DNA from: Octopus vulgaris
Lineage: Eukaryota
DNA length: 64,000 nt
Direction: 5' to 3'
Assembly: GCA_951406725.2 (NCBI GenBank)
Contig: OX597816.1
Coordinates: forward strand, 99,572,001-99,636,000
Below, one piece after another: positions 40,151-52,139 of this stretch (positions within the stretch are counted from its first letter, which is position 1; every line of letters starts with the position of its first letter). The translations under genes and the position numbers were made by a program. The notes beneath the pieces are model-generated. The model did not search any database. It was not told where the DNA came from and was given only the letters and a program-made list of their open reading frames with translations.

Positions 40151-41351
40151 AAGATCAGCCAAACAGAGGTATAATACTATATACTCTGATTAATATACCC
40201 ACTCTACTGACAAATATATGAGTGCATTTTTTCTTATTTACACCAATAATAATAGTAAATACAGTGCATGTGCTTATTATTATTAGATACAAGATTTGTT
40301 TCAATGCACAAATTTACAGCAAGAATCTTGGAAACTAGGTACAAATATGAAATATATCATCATCATTTTAATGTACATTTTCCCATGCTTACATGTGCCA
40401 GCCAGATTTTTACATTATTTCAAGTAATGTAAATTTTCACCATACCTGGACGTTTTTCATGGAATATTGGAAATGAAAGACACTGCTTAAGTTAAAATGA
40501 TGCTCATCTACAACTATAACTCAATGTCAAGACAAGGAAACATACACACACAAACATATATATATATACACACACACAATGGGCTCCTTTCAGTTTCCAT
40601 ATACAAAATCTGCTCACAAGGCTTTCGTCAGCCCAAGACTATAGGAATAGATGTTTGCCCAATATGTCATGCAGTAAAACTGAACCTGAAACCATGTGGT
40701 TTGATAGTGAATTTGTTAATGCTACAGGTATGCTTAAGTCACTTTGTGCGTGTGTGTGTTCTATAGTTTCTGATAGTCCTCTCCTTAAACAATTTACAAC
40801 TTTATTAAATCCACAAGACTTTCAGTCCATTAAATAATTTACAAGAAAAACTTCAAACAAAAGAAATCCCCTTCCCCAAACCATTGCTTTTCTTTCTGGC
40901 TGTTTGCTTCAACCAAATTATTAATGCAGAAAACGTCATGAACAGAGTATTTAAAACTATCTTGAAAAGAATATTAAATAAAAGTAAAATGGTGGCTAAA
41001 ATTGGAATCTATACCACACTTTATATACTTTTGGCTCAGAACAAGAAGATTCCTTGCCAACTAGACCAATAACCAAACAATGTTCTTATTGATAAAACAG
41101 TCTTATTCTTCAATACTGGATACTACAAAATATTAACACCCTAACATATGATTCTTAATGTTTTTAATTTGATAAAAATTATTTTTTTTAAATCTTCTAA
41201 TAGATTCACAAAATTTAAACTTAAATACAGGGTAAAATGAAATTTTCTGAAATTTTTAACATAATAATAAACACATATTCTTTCACTTTCTTCAGTTAAT
41301 TTTCATTCATGTTAATTTAATATTGACTTCAATTTTATAATTTTGTGCATT

Positions 41352-41431
<80 letters not shown>

Positions 41432-41519
41432 TTTATGTATACATATATTCATATATATTTGTGTGTGTAAGGAGAGTGAGAGAGAGAGAGAGAGAAAGGT
41501 AGATAAACACAGTTATGCT

Positions 41520-41890
41520 TAAAGCATATTTCAAAAAATCACAAAATACAGATCATAAAATAAAGAAAAAAATTATGTAATGTCTTATCCTGACAGCTGT
41601 TTCAAGATAGCCATAATTTACATAATAACTATATTCATACATATTATTTTGGTTGCTGCTAGAATAGAATGGTAAATACTACTCATACTCTTGAAAAGTG
41701 AAGCCTAACTTACTTTAACGACTTCATCTGAACTTGTTGCTGGTTGCACACCAATAAAATTATGCATATTTATGAATAGGGTTATTGCATAAGTTATGGT
41801 CATTTTGAAACAGCTGTCAAGATAAGACATTAGATAATTCTTTTCCTTTATTTTATAATCTATGTTTTGTGCTCCATTTAAATACATGCC
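41520..41890. repeat. Inverted repeat with arms of about 120 bp, each containing GAAACAGCTGTC
   Basis: 41520-41640 is the reverse complement of about 41765-41890 (cacaaaa.a.agat.ataaaataaag.aaa.aattat.taatgtcttatc.tgacagctgtttcaa). Confidence 0.85.
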
Positions 41891-42096
41891 TCAAATCAAA
41901 CTGTGTTTATCTAGCTTACTACCTCCATAACAAATCAATTAGGAAATTTCTTATAGCTGCTTTTGATGCTGTGGTGTTGGCCTTTGATAAAGTAGTTGGA
42001 GTTTATGTTCACTTCCATTTGAGCACTACTGTATATTATCTATACAGACCTAATTTTGCTTATGTTTTTTTCCAGTTAGCTTATTCATAATAATAG

Positions 42097-42185
42097 ACCG
42101 ACACATGTTTCGATTGCACTAGTTGCATATTGTTGTATATTTATATGCAACAATTTATGCATCGTTAGTATGATCTCTTCAGAGT
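42097..42185 (-). ncRNA. Type-I hammerhead ribozyme-like motif with extended stem II
   Basis: ACT-CTGAAGA-GATCATACTA..(tgcat/attgttg..caacaat/atgca hairpin)..TAGTGCAATC-GAA-ACAtgTGT-C-GGT: intact core, G10.1-C11.1 pair, GUC cleavage triplet. Confidence 0.7.
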
Positions 42186-43062
42186 ATGTAAATATAACAT
42201 TGTTTAAAGAGAAATTTTCCTCCATTATTAGTTTGAATTAGGCTTGGTAGTAGTAAACTATGACCTTTCATCGATGAGTTGTTTTTCTCAACTGATTGTT
42301 TGGGTAAAATTCAGCAATAGCAGCCGAAGTGTTTGTTGAAGTTGGCAAATTTTCTTGGTCATTTAGGGAGTGGTTATTTATAGAATACTTTTCTTTTGAA
42401 CTGATTCAGGTTACTTCATTGTCACGTGGCATTTTGATGGATTTCAAAATTGATTATATTCTTTGAATTTTTGTGAAGGTTATTAATGGTAATTGTGGAT
42501 AATTAAAAGGCAGTCAGAATTGTGGTTGGTAAAAGAAGTAGATAGTAGTAATTTTTATACACACACACACATATATATATAATGTGTAAGTAGTTAGGGT
42601 AAACCCAAGCCATTTCCTCTTGAAACACATGCTTATTTCATTATTACAATCCAATATGCAGTCTCAGTTGCTGCTGTACGTTATTTCAAAGTACATATTA
42701 AAATTGAGCTTTATGGAAATATTATTTGAAAAGTTATTGTATAACAAAACAAAAAAATTGAGAATTTTGGGATATTATTTAGTCACCATTACATGTGTTT
42801 CCTTTCCTAATAGGAATTACAAAGTTTTAAATGTTAGATAGAAATATAAGGAATTTCCTATTAGAAATTCTTCAGACAGATATTAAATTATATTATTTAA
42901 TAGCTCTTTCTGAAGAATTTCTAAAACAAATTCCTTATATGTCTATCTAACAAGTAAAACTTTGTAATTTGTATTAGGAAATGAAACACATGTAATGGTG
43001 AATAAGTAATACCAAAGAATTTTCAATTTCATTTTGTTTTATATATACATATATATATATAT

Positions 43063-43095
<33 letters not shown>

Positions 43096-43299
43096 GCAAG
43101 AGAAAGAGAGAAAGAGAGAGACATAGATAGATATAGATACATATGTATATATTTGTATTTATATTTATATATATACATATATATATATATGTACACATAC
43201 ACACACATGCATGCGCACACACACTCACACAAATGTAAACACACGCACAGATGCACACACACACACAAGATCAAGACCAAGACTGAAGACTTCAACCAC

Positions 43300-43790
43300 A
43301 TTACTGCCAGCTGCTAGAGAATGTCTTCCAGATATTATCTTTCCATGAGGCTTGATGTGGTGGCCTGAACAGTTTAGAACAGTATATCGAAAAAGAAAAC
43401 GCCTACAAAGGAAGTTGAGTATATTGAGACAATGGGTCATAAGAATATGGGTAGTACTTAAAAATTAAAACAGCCACAAGTTTAAAACACAACCGGCCAG
43501 ATATTGTTATGTGGGACCACAAGGAAAAGATATACTCCATTGTGGATTCCAGCTACCCTCCGCACACCAATGTGGTTAGAAAAATACAAGAGAAAGTGGA
43601 CATCAGTAGACCATTGATAAGAAGTTTATAAATCCAGTACCCAAGTTACACTCTCAACTACATACCTATTACCATTAGAGCAACATACATACTGACCCAT
43701 CTGGAGCAAAGTATGGTTGAACTTGGGATCTTGAGGAGAGAATGCAAATCCTTAGTATTATAATATCAGGGATTATAAAAATCCACTAGA
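43300..43790 (+). mobile_element. Non-LTR retrotransposon remnant with restriction-like endonuclease (R4/NeSL/CRE group)
   Basis: SRYYLSMRLDVVA, then IKTATSLKHNRPDIVMWDHKEKIYSIVDSSYP..NVVRKIQEKVD...IPITIRAT. Confidence 0.7.
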
Positions 43791-43949
43791 AAATCACTTG
43801 CCCAAGGTGCCACACAGTGAGATTAAATCAGGGAATCATGTAGCTGGGAGCAAACATTTTACCACACAGCCATGCATGTGCCTATGCAAAAAGTTTATAC
43901 CTTTTATTTATAAGTTAGTTGAAAGGAATACACCACAGCATTATAATTT

Positions 43950-44625
43950 CAGATACAACACCTGAAATATTTTTTGCAAGCTGAATAGTTAACCTTAACA
44001 GAGTTCTTATTCAATAGTTTTCTATACATATGTCCTGGCAGAAAATGTTGATTTCTTGAATTAACAAACTCTTCAGTTATATTAGTTTTTACTGCTAGCT
44101 TAAATACTACGTTGTACCATAAAGTATCCCTTTTTCTATTCCTATTCTTATAGTGTGCATTCTTAGTGATTTTTGTGTATCTAATCTTATAACAGACCCC
44201 ACTATTTCTAAGCACCTCAATATAATACCCATGTACACACATAAAAACATCTTTATCAGAAGGTAAAAAGGGTGTCTGTTTTCTAATAATGTCAATCAAG
44301 TTCTTCAATATGCAAGGTGGATGATTCGATTATCTATGTATACATACCAACTTCTCATTTGGTTTGTGGCATGGTGCGAAACTATTATTGGCCAGTCTTA
44401 ATGTTGCATCTAGAAAATTCACAGCAATAAGGTTTGTATTTACTGAAATACTTTAATCAAATCTTTCCTAAATTTGTCTAACTCATGACCAATACAATTT
44501 CTCAATAGATTCAGACCATCGTTATGATATAAACCACAGTTTATATCAGGAAATTTTATTCTCAGTAAATTAAGAACATATAGCACTCCCTATAATTTCA
44601 CTCACCTGAGCAGCATGTTAGCATT
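43950..44625 (-). mobile_element. Penelope-like element, RT and thumb remnant
   Basis: AQVSEIIG, GLYHNDGL (LYRDDGL-like), VNFLDATL..KPNEKLVYVHR*SNHPPCILKNL, RKRDTLWYN..VKTNI..HF...KLLNKNSVKVNYS. Confidence 0.82.
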
Positions 44626-44796
44626 TTCCCCAAAATTAGCACACTCCATCAATACAAAAGACACAAAATCCAGACATTCTCTCACACACACACACACACA
44701 CACACACACAAATACTCTCTCTCTCTCTCTCCCACTCACATACATACACACACACACACATCTATCTATATATATATATTTGAATACATATATGTA

Positions 44797-46020
44797 TCAT
44801 CATCATTTAACATTTATGCTCCATGTTGGCATGAGTTCGATAGTTTGACATGATACAGTGGGTCTGAAGACTACATCATGCTCCAATGTCTGCTTTGGCA
44901 TGGTTTCTAACTTGGATGCCCTGTCTAATGCCTTTATAGTGTGTAATGCATGCGTTTTGTCATGGCATCAACATTTGTATAGTTACCACACAGTCTGCAA
45001 GACTAAGATTCTGTTCAAATCCCCAGTTGACTCCCTAGAGATAACTGGCATCTTCTGTTACCTTGGTCACCACAGTAGAAGTGAGGGTCAGTGTTCTAAA
45101 AGTATAAAAGCTAGAGTTAAAATGGGTTGTAAAAAGTTTCAGAGAGAAAATATTTATGCTGGCAGCAAAAAATTTCTCCCTCAGAAAGGCTTGTGATGCC
45201 TTGCTAGTGTAAGAAGTATCATGCATTATTGCAAAGGGACATAGTCCTTGACTGCAGAGAATTTGGGGAACTTAAAAGAAACGAAGGGATTATACTTCAT
45301 TAGATATATAGTGTTAGTGTTCATGAACACTAAGTACAAATAGCTGAGAGGAAACCCCCCATATAAGTAGAATCAGATGCAATGTGCAATTGAGAATCTG
45401 TGTTTGTACAGACAAGTAGTTTGTAAGGAGATTAACAGCAGTATAGAAAACAGTTCAGCATCAAAATGAATGGAATCTGTGGAAGAGAGAGATCAAGACT
45501 TGTGATGAAGATTTCCAATTTATACATACACTTTTTTTTTTATCCCATCTTAGTTCATCTTCTGCTATCATTTTCTCTGTTACCTGTTCTACTGGTTACA
45601 TTGCCCTGAACCAACAAAAACAACATAGAACAGTGAAAACTTATTTGTTTCGTAATGCACACAGTAAAGTTACTGGTGCTGGTGTCATGATAAAATGCAC
45701 TCAGTAAAGTTTTAAATGATGGATAGATGAACAGAAACAATGTAGTACCAGGTGAATCCTTACATTTTGTCTTGACAACAACATGACTACTTTTCTAGCA
45801 CTGGTGCAACAATACATTGCATTCAGTTTACACTTTTAAAGTAGATGATGTGAGGTAAGGCAACAAGAGTTAGAAACCATGCCAAGAAAACAATATATGA
45901 GAGACATGGTCCCTTAGTCTATCTAGGAGTATAGAAACTCTAAATAAGAAGTAACTTGGATTCTGATGACTGTTCAACCCATGACTATATGGAAAGTACG
46001 TGTAAAATGATGGTGATGAT
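44797..46020. mobile_element. Two old RTE fragments head-to-head: minus-strand 3' end at 44797-45010, plus-strand coding remnant and tail at 45020-46020
   Basis: (CAT)n-tttaacatt..ccatgttggcatg on the left; SLEITGIFCYLG..GQCSKSIKARVKMGCKKF in the middle; atggaaagtacgtgtaaaatgatggtgatgat tail on the right. Confidence 0.65.
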
Positions 46021-47149
46021 AGCATATACATACACACATGTATATGTACACTCATACGTATTTAATGCCTACATGTAAGCATAAATATGTTTACACATAG
46101 ATCATTTATATATAAAGAGAAGACAAGAAAGATCACTTCTTCATATGTTTTCACTCATGTAAACATCAAAGTTAATAGATGAAATTGATTGTAAAAACAA
46201 GGAAACTTTATCAGTTCATAACAAAAGTGAAAAGGTCAACAAATTTGGATGATACCCAATATTTTTAGTCCTTTCCTTTCTTCCAATTTCTCTTCAGAGA
46301 CCTCCGCTCTATACCATTCCCAGATACTTGAAGAAAATAATAATAAACATAAGAGTAAAAATAAAAATTAAACTCATTTCTCACACATGACAGACATTTC
46401 AACTATTCCAATTTTAGCAGATAAGGTAATAAATAATGGTCAGTGAAAAATAATTTCACAGATGTTCAATTTAGTGAAAAATTGACACTATTTAATGGAG
46501 CTTTTTATTTTTTTATCTTTGAGACAAATGAAAATATAATACTATAGAAATGTAACCGTGCAATAAAAGAATTTGAAGTAAATCAAAGCAAGCTATACTT
46601 CAGTATCCTCTTCAAAATCATCATCATTGTCGTCATTGTCATCATCATTATCATCATCATCATCATCACCATCATCATTATCATTTTCATGTCCACACTT
46701 CCATGTTAGCTTGGGTTACATGGGATTTTTGGGGTAGTATTTTAAGGCCAGCAGATACTCTTCTCTATGCTTATTCTTATAGTTGCCTTTTGCAGCATGC
46801 TGAGAAATGGGTGTACCTATTCTAAAAACAGGAGTACACAGAGGATATATGTACATATATGAGTGTGGAGTGTGGTGGTAGTGGTGGTGTGTGTGTGTGT
46901 GATGAATGAACAAAAAGAAGAAAAAACACGAGGGACAATTTTCACCAAGGTGTTAATAGGTTCACACTTCAAAAGAAAAAGGAAAAGGGTCTTTAACATT
47001 TCAGATATGGCATCCTTCATCAAAAGTAAGTAAGTTAAAGAGAAGGTTGTAGAAAGGAGACCCATCATTTTCTTTCCTCTTTTTCTTCTTGCATGAACCT
47101 ACTAACACCTTTGTGTAAACTTGTCTCTCCTGTTTTTTCTTGTTTTTCT

Positions 47150-47408
47150 TCATTCGTCACACACACAAACATTATTCTTCCACCTTTCTACTTCCGGTCT
47201 TTCAATATGTGACCTCGTGAGTACCACTGGCGATTTTTTCCTCTGTCTTCCCTTCTCAGGATCTTTCCTTCTCCTATGTTTCCGACGAAGAGCTCCGCTC
47301 GAAACGTTAAACCCTCCTTCTTCCCTTCTTTCCTGAGCGTCCAATAATACTTTATTTGTTCCACGTCCTCGCATTGTTGTGTTTTTTTTGTTTTCTTGTT
47401 TGGATATA

Positions 47409-47412
<4 letters not shown>
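47150..47412 (+). mobile_element. Penelope-type terminal repeat fragment with a minimal hammerhead-like motif, ending at (TA)n
   Basis: GTTT-CCGACGA-AGAGCtccGCTC-GAA-ACGT-T-AAAC at 47278-47312; homologous to 27232-27445. Confidence 0.68.
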
Positions 47413-47443
<31 letters not shown>

Positions 47444-47812
47444 GTGTGTGTTAATGGTTATTTTTATATTCACTTATAATAAAAAATTTTACATTAATCT
47501 GAGGGTTACTCTATACATTTGTAGAGTACCAATTTATTATTCTTAAACAAAAATATTATTGACACTGGCTTTACATTTTGAGCCAGTTGAACCCTTGTTG
47601 GGCTGCATGGTTTGATGATTGCTAAACTGGCTGAAAGAGCAAAGTTACTGTCAATGATATTCTTGTTTAAAAATTTTGTGTTGTGTTGTGTTGTGTGTGT
47701 GTTTTACTCAAAGAAATTCCAACTTTGTCTGATTTTCACATTTTATTTACAATCTTATAGTAATATAACATAATATAATAAAATGATAGAATGCTAAATG
47801 TCCATTCTGATT

Positions 47813-47855
47813 GAACTAGTACTTTCATGCATTAAACTATGCAATCTTCAGGTTC
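47813..47855 (-). ncRNA. Minimal type-I hammerhead ribozyme-like motif
   Basis: GAAC-CTGAAGA-tTGCATagtttaATGCAt-GAA-AGTACT-A-GTTC: stem I GAAC/GTTC, palindromic stem III. Confidence 0.7.
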
Positions 47856-47861
47856 ATGAAG

Positions 47862-47928
47862 TAGTGGTGACAGTTATATTTTACAATTTACAACAGTTGT
47901 AAATTGTAAAACATAACTGTCACCACTA
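47862..47928. repeat. Near-perfect palindrome: 33-bp arms, 1-nt spacer, one mismatch
   Basis: tagtggtgacagttatattttacaatttacaac-a-gttgtaaattgtaaaacataactgtcaccacta. Confidence 0.95.
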
Positions 47929-48720
47929 TCTGTTATTTTAGTTAAAATACATATTTCTGTTCAGATCCTCTGTAGTAATAATTTACATAATATCTCTAAT
48001 TAACAGAATTTTTTTGCAACGCTAAATGTTAGTTTAACGGTTAACACTTCGATTTTCAATGTTATAATACATATTTCTACTTATCAGTCCTAAAATTATT
48101 ATTTACGTATTGATTTAAAGCTACAGAATTCTTGTAACGATAAATTTGTAGTTAATTTTTAACATGGTTTTAGTATAATTTTAGTCTAGTATAATTTTAA
48201 TCCCAAATTTGTAAATTCTAAATTCTAAATTATAACTTTAATTTTTAGTCTAACGTCTAAAATTCCAGTTAACTGACAAAAATAAGATAAATAATGTTTT
48301 TACTTTTCATAAAAACCAGTAAATTCTATCTGATTACTTATTTATCTGAATAAATTAACCACGGAAACTAATTTTTTTTCCTTCATATATATATATATAT
48401 TTTCTATTTTTTCTTATTTTTAATATTTGAAATGTTTTTATAATTATCTCCCCTACACCGGGAATCTTAAATAGAGGATAGTATTTTCTTTAGAAATGGT
48501 ATTCAATAATTACGAATTATCTCTCCTACATTGTAAATCATATAAATAGAGGACAACTTCAGTAGCCATCTTTAATTTGTGGAGTTAACTGGTGCTCATC
48601 AATAAGATAAGTCATGCTCCTACTTTTCTTTAAGACTGTTAAATCTTATCAATTATTTATAAATGTATGGTGTAAGAATAACATCTTCGTTTATGTTGTG
48701 AATTTATTTAATGTTATTGA

Positions 48721-48827
48721 GACCTGAAGAGTGGTTATGTATCGTTGGACTGAAGAAATATTAATTTTTGAGATTATTGATTTTGATATCGTAGATTTGT
48801 ATACATAGTCACGAAATGTGCATTGTC
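48721..48827 (+). ncRNA. Type-I hammerhead ribozyme-like motif with long stem II
   Basis: GAC-CTGAAGA-GTGGTTATGTAT...ATACATAGTCAC-GAA-ATGtgCAT-T-GTC; 12-bp stem II including two G-U pairs. Confidence 0.7.
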
Positions 48828-49140
48828 GTTTTAATGTGCATTTTTTAATGTGTATTATTTAGTATAGAAATTTTTAGTACAATATTAATAATAATGTAGT
48901 TTTAATGTTTATTTCTTTAATGTGTATTAATCAGAATAGAAATTTTTAGTAGAATGTTAATAATAATACATTTAAATTTACATTTTATTATAGATAATAT
49001 CTTTCATTATTAATTGAATTTCTTAATGGAGGTTCTGTCTCTTAATTCTATATATATTTAATATATTGTGAAATTTGATTTAATATTATTAAATTGAGTT
49101 TGTTTTCCCCTGTTGCCTTGGAATTTTATATACCCTACTA

Positions 49141-49182
<42 letters not shown>

Positions 49183-49854
49183 TATACATACATGCATGTA
49201 TATATACATATACAGATATATATGAAATACATATATAAATGTATATATGTGTTTCTTTCTCTTTTCTCCCACTCTTCTTCACTTTCCCTCTCTCTCTGAA
49301 GGATTTTATACAAACTAACACTAAATGTAGAAGCACTATGATGGTTAGGTATATCTGAGACAAGCCTGATTCATATAGTGTATATCAGAAAATAATTCAT
49401 GAAAAACAGCACAAGTAAACAGTAAGAGCAGCATTCAAAGTTTTTCTGAAAGATGACTGCACTTGTATTATCATTTGATGGATATGGACAAGGGATGACA
49501 AATAACAAAAGTACTATGTACTCTCATTAGAAGATATCTGTGGAAGGGAGAGAATGAAAAAAAAACATAAAATGAAATAGTGAAATTTTAGAAAAGCTGA
49601 CAACATATGGAAACAGTTGACAATAGGTTGTATGGCTGATACTTGCAATCCATGCCAGTGTGGCAAAAATGCATGTTAGGATGTTAAGAAGAAGGTATAA
49701 TATTTGATTATTGTCATAATCATATTTGTCTGACAGTTAGCTGAGTGAAGCATATTACTTTAAATTAGATCTAATATTCTCTTAAATATTATATTTTGTT
49801 AGTGCATGCTAAATTAAACAGCAGGTATTTTCTCTTGAGGTTTGGTGACAACAA

Positions 49855-50320
49855 ATCTCAAATCTCAAGAATCTTCCTTAGTACTCTTGCAGAATATATG
49901 ATGTTACTTTCCTGCAGATCGACAATGTGTGATTCAATTCCAATCTCTTTCAGTCTTTTAGGTGGTATTTTAGGTGTTGTACCAAGTTCACCAATTATAG
50001 GAATAATTGTTGTCTTGGTCTTCCACAGTCTCTTCAGCTCTCTGGCTAGATCCTGATATTTCTCTGTTTTTTCAATCTTTTTAGTATATACATTCTTTTC
50101 TGGTATCTATTTTGATAAACTCACTTCTGTAATAGCATAACAGTTCTATTGTCATTTTGAGTCCATTTCATCCTAACTTTTGTAGCAATACTTGGATAAT
50201 GATCAGGTCCTCCCTACTGTGCAACAGAGCATCTGTCATGTGAAAGACCTTCACTTGTTGCACTTATAAAGAGGGCTGTGTTGGTGACATGTCACAACCA
50301 GCAGTGTTTTTATCAAGACA
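49855..50320 (-). mobile_element. Dong/R4-like C-terminal remnant
   Basis: EKYQDLARELKRLWKTKTTIIPIIGELGTTPK..LKEIGIESHIVDLQ....SARVLRKILEI on the minus strand. Confidence 0.8.
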
Positions 50321-50558
50321 GCATTTCTAGGGGTTGCCAGCCAAGGATAAAGGGACCCTCTTCACTCTTCGTAGATTTATTCCCATGAAGACATTCTTTG
50401 CCATGTTTGTTCTCAAGATATTTGTTATTATTATTACTGCTGTCCTGTGTGGTACCGGCTCTATCAGTAGTATTAATACAGAGGTGCTAATTGGGTGGCT
50501 GCTAACTTTATTATTATTACTGTTGTTGTTGTTTTTGTTGTTGTTGTTGTTGTTGTTG

Positions 50559-51100
50559 AGTGAGAGAGCACCACATGTCAACAAAGTTACACTGGAGTAC
50601 AAATATACAAAGCCCAATATATCCATCATGACTACCTGTCTGATAAGGGTACACCAGGCACAGGCATCACAACCACATATGCACAACATATCGATCACAT
50701 ATCAAGATAAACAGCACATGGCCTGCAGGTAGGGCCCAGTTAGAATTTTCTTCAGGTCAAGTAAACCATCTCACTCAAAAGTTCCCTGAACAATGTTTAA
50801 ATATGATGAATGAAACACACACGTTTCCAGAGGTGAATTATTCAAACATGAAAGAATTCCTCTCAACACATGGCTATGATGCCCCACCACTACTTCTGCT
50901 CATGATCAGAGATGCGCATATCGTCAGCCACTCAGGGACATACTCAACTGGTTGAGGTCAAGCAAATCTGTGGTATTGAGCATAATATTTGCTGTAGCCC
51001 ATATTCTTATACCAAGACAAAACAGGTACATGATAACACTTCTAATCAGTTAAGATCAAAATTCACAATAGTCACTGCCTGGTACTGCATCAGGTCATTT
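50559..51100 (-). mobile_element. Unclassified non-coding element of about 540 bp bounded by (TTG)/(TTA) tracts
   Basis: Higher-GC block sharply delimited by microsatellites on both sides, no convincing ORF; resembles an octopus interspersed repeat (from memory). Strand is tentative. Confidence 0.45.
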
Positions 51101-51140
51101 ATTATTATAATTGTTATTATGATTATTATTATCATTATTA

Positions 51141-51322
51141 AGAAAGTGGTGAGCTGGCAGAATTGTTAGCGTGTCAGATAAAATACTAAGTGGTATTTCG
51201 TCTGCTGTTATGTTCTGAGTTCAAATTCCACTGAGGTTGACTTTGCCTTTCATCCTTTCAGGGTCAATATAATTAAGTATCCCTTCCCAGAAAATCCAGG
51301 TGTTGTGCCTATAGTAGAAAGG

Positions 51323-51359
<37 letters not shown>
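51141..51359 (+). mobile_element. SINE family B with (ATT)n tail
   Basis: gtggtgagctggcagaattgttagc..gttctgagttcaaattccactgaggttgactttgcctttcatcctttcagggtcaat. Confidence 0.87.
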
Positions 51360-51360
<1 letters not shown>

Positions 51361-51792
51361 GTTTTTTCCTTCTTTCTTCAAATTTTCTTCTGTTTCTCGC
51401 CGAGTGTTTTCCATACACCTAGGGCAGAGAAGGGCATTGTATGCATTCCCAGATTACACGTGCAAATTCACAGATAAAATATGTATTTAAAAATGAATAA
51501 ATAAATAAATTCATGGATGGATGTTATTTTCACAGCGATAGTGCTCTTCTCAGTACATGAGCCGTTCCAGTTAATACGATTTTTTGCACTTCCTGTAGGG
51601 ATGGTAAGCCTGGAATCATTTTCAAATAGGTTTCAGTACCTTTTTTTATCATTCCTAGAGATCCTACAATCACTGGTACTGTAGTCGCCTTGAAATGCCA
51701 CATTTTTTCAATTTCTATTGGCAGGTCTTTATATTTACTAATCTTGTCAAATTCTTTCGCCACTATATTGTGATCACAGGGTATTGTGATCA

Positions 51793-51793
<1 letters not shown>
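51360..51793 (-). mobile_element. 5'-truncated, well-preserved Dong/R4-like LINE inserted in (TAA)n
   Basis: Open ORF IPCDHNIVAKEFDKISKYKDL.IEIEKMWH.KATTVPVIVGSLGMIKKG..IPGLPSLQEVQKIVLTGTAHVLRRALSL*, 3' UTR of about 170 bp, (TTA)n on both sides. Confidence 0.9.
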
Positions 51794-51855
<62 letters not shown>

Positions 51856-51920
51856 CATTATTATTATTATCATTATTATTATTATTATTATTATCATTAT
51901 TATTATTATCATTATTATTA

Positions 51921-52137
51921 AGTCAGCAAGCTGACAGAATTGTTAGTACAGCACCTTTTTTTCTGATTTTATGATCTGAGTTCAAATTCCACCAAGGTCG
52001 AGTTTGTCATTTTTCCTTTCCCAGTCAATAAAGTACCTATCAAGTACTGGGATTAATGTTAAAAGTTACTCATCCCACTCATAATTACTGGCCTAATACC
52101 TAAATAAGAAACCATTTATTATTATTATTATTATTAT
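51921..52137 (+). mobile_element. SINE family B, diverged
   Basis: gcaagctgacagaattgttag..ctgagttcaaattccaccaaggtcgagtttg..aaagtacc..(ATT)n. Confidence 0.75.
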
Positions 52138-52139
52138 TT

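Noticed and set aside
50334-50732. 132-aa ORF with hydrophobic stretches suggesting a membrane protein
   Set aside because: The poly-Leu comes from (TTA)/(TTG) repeats and the ORF crosses unrelated repeat boundaries.
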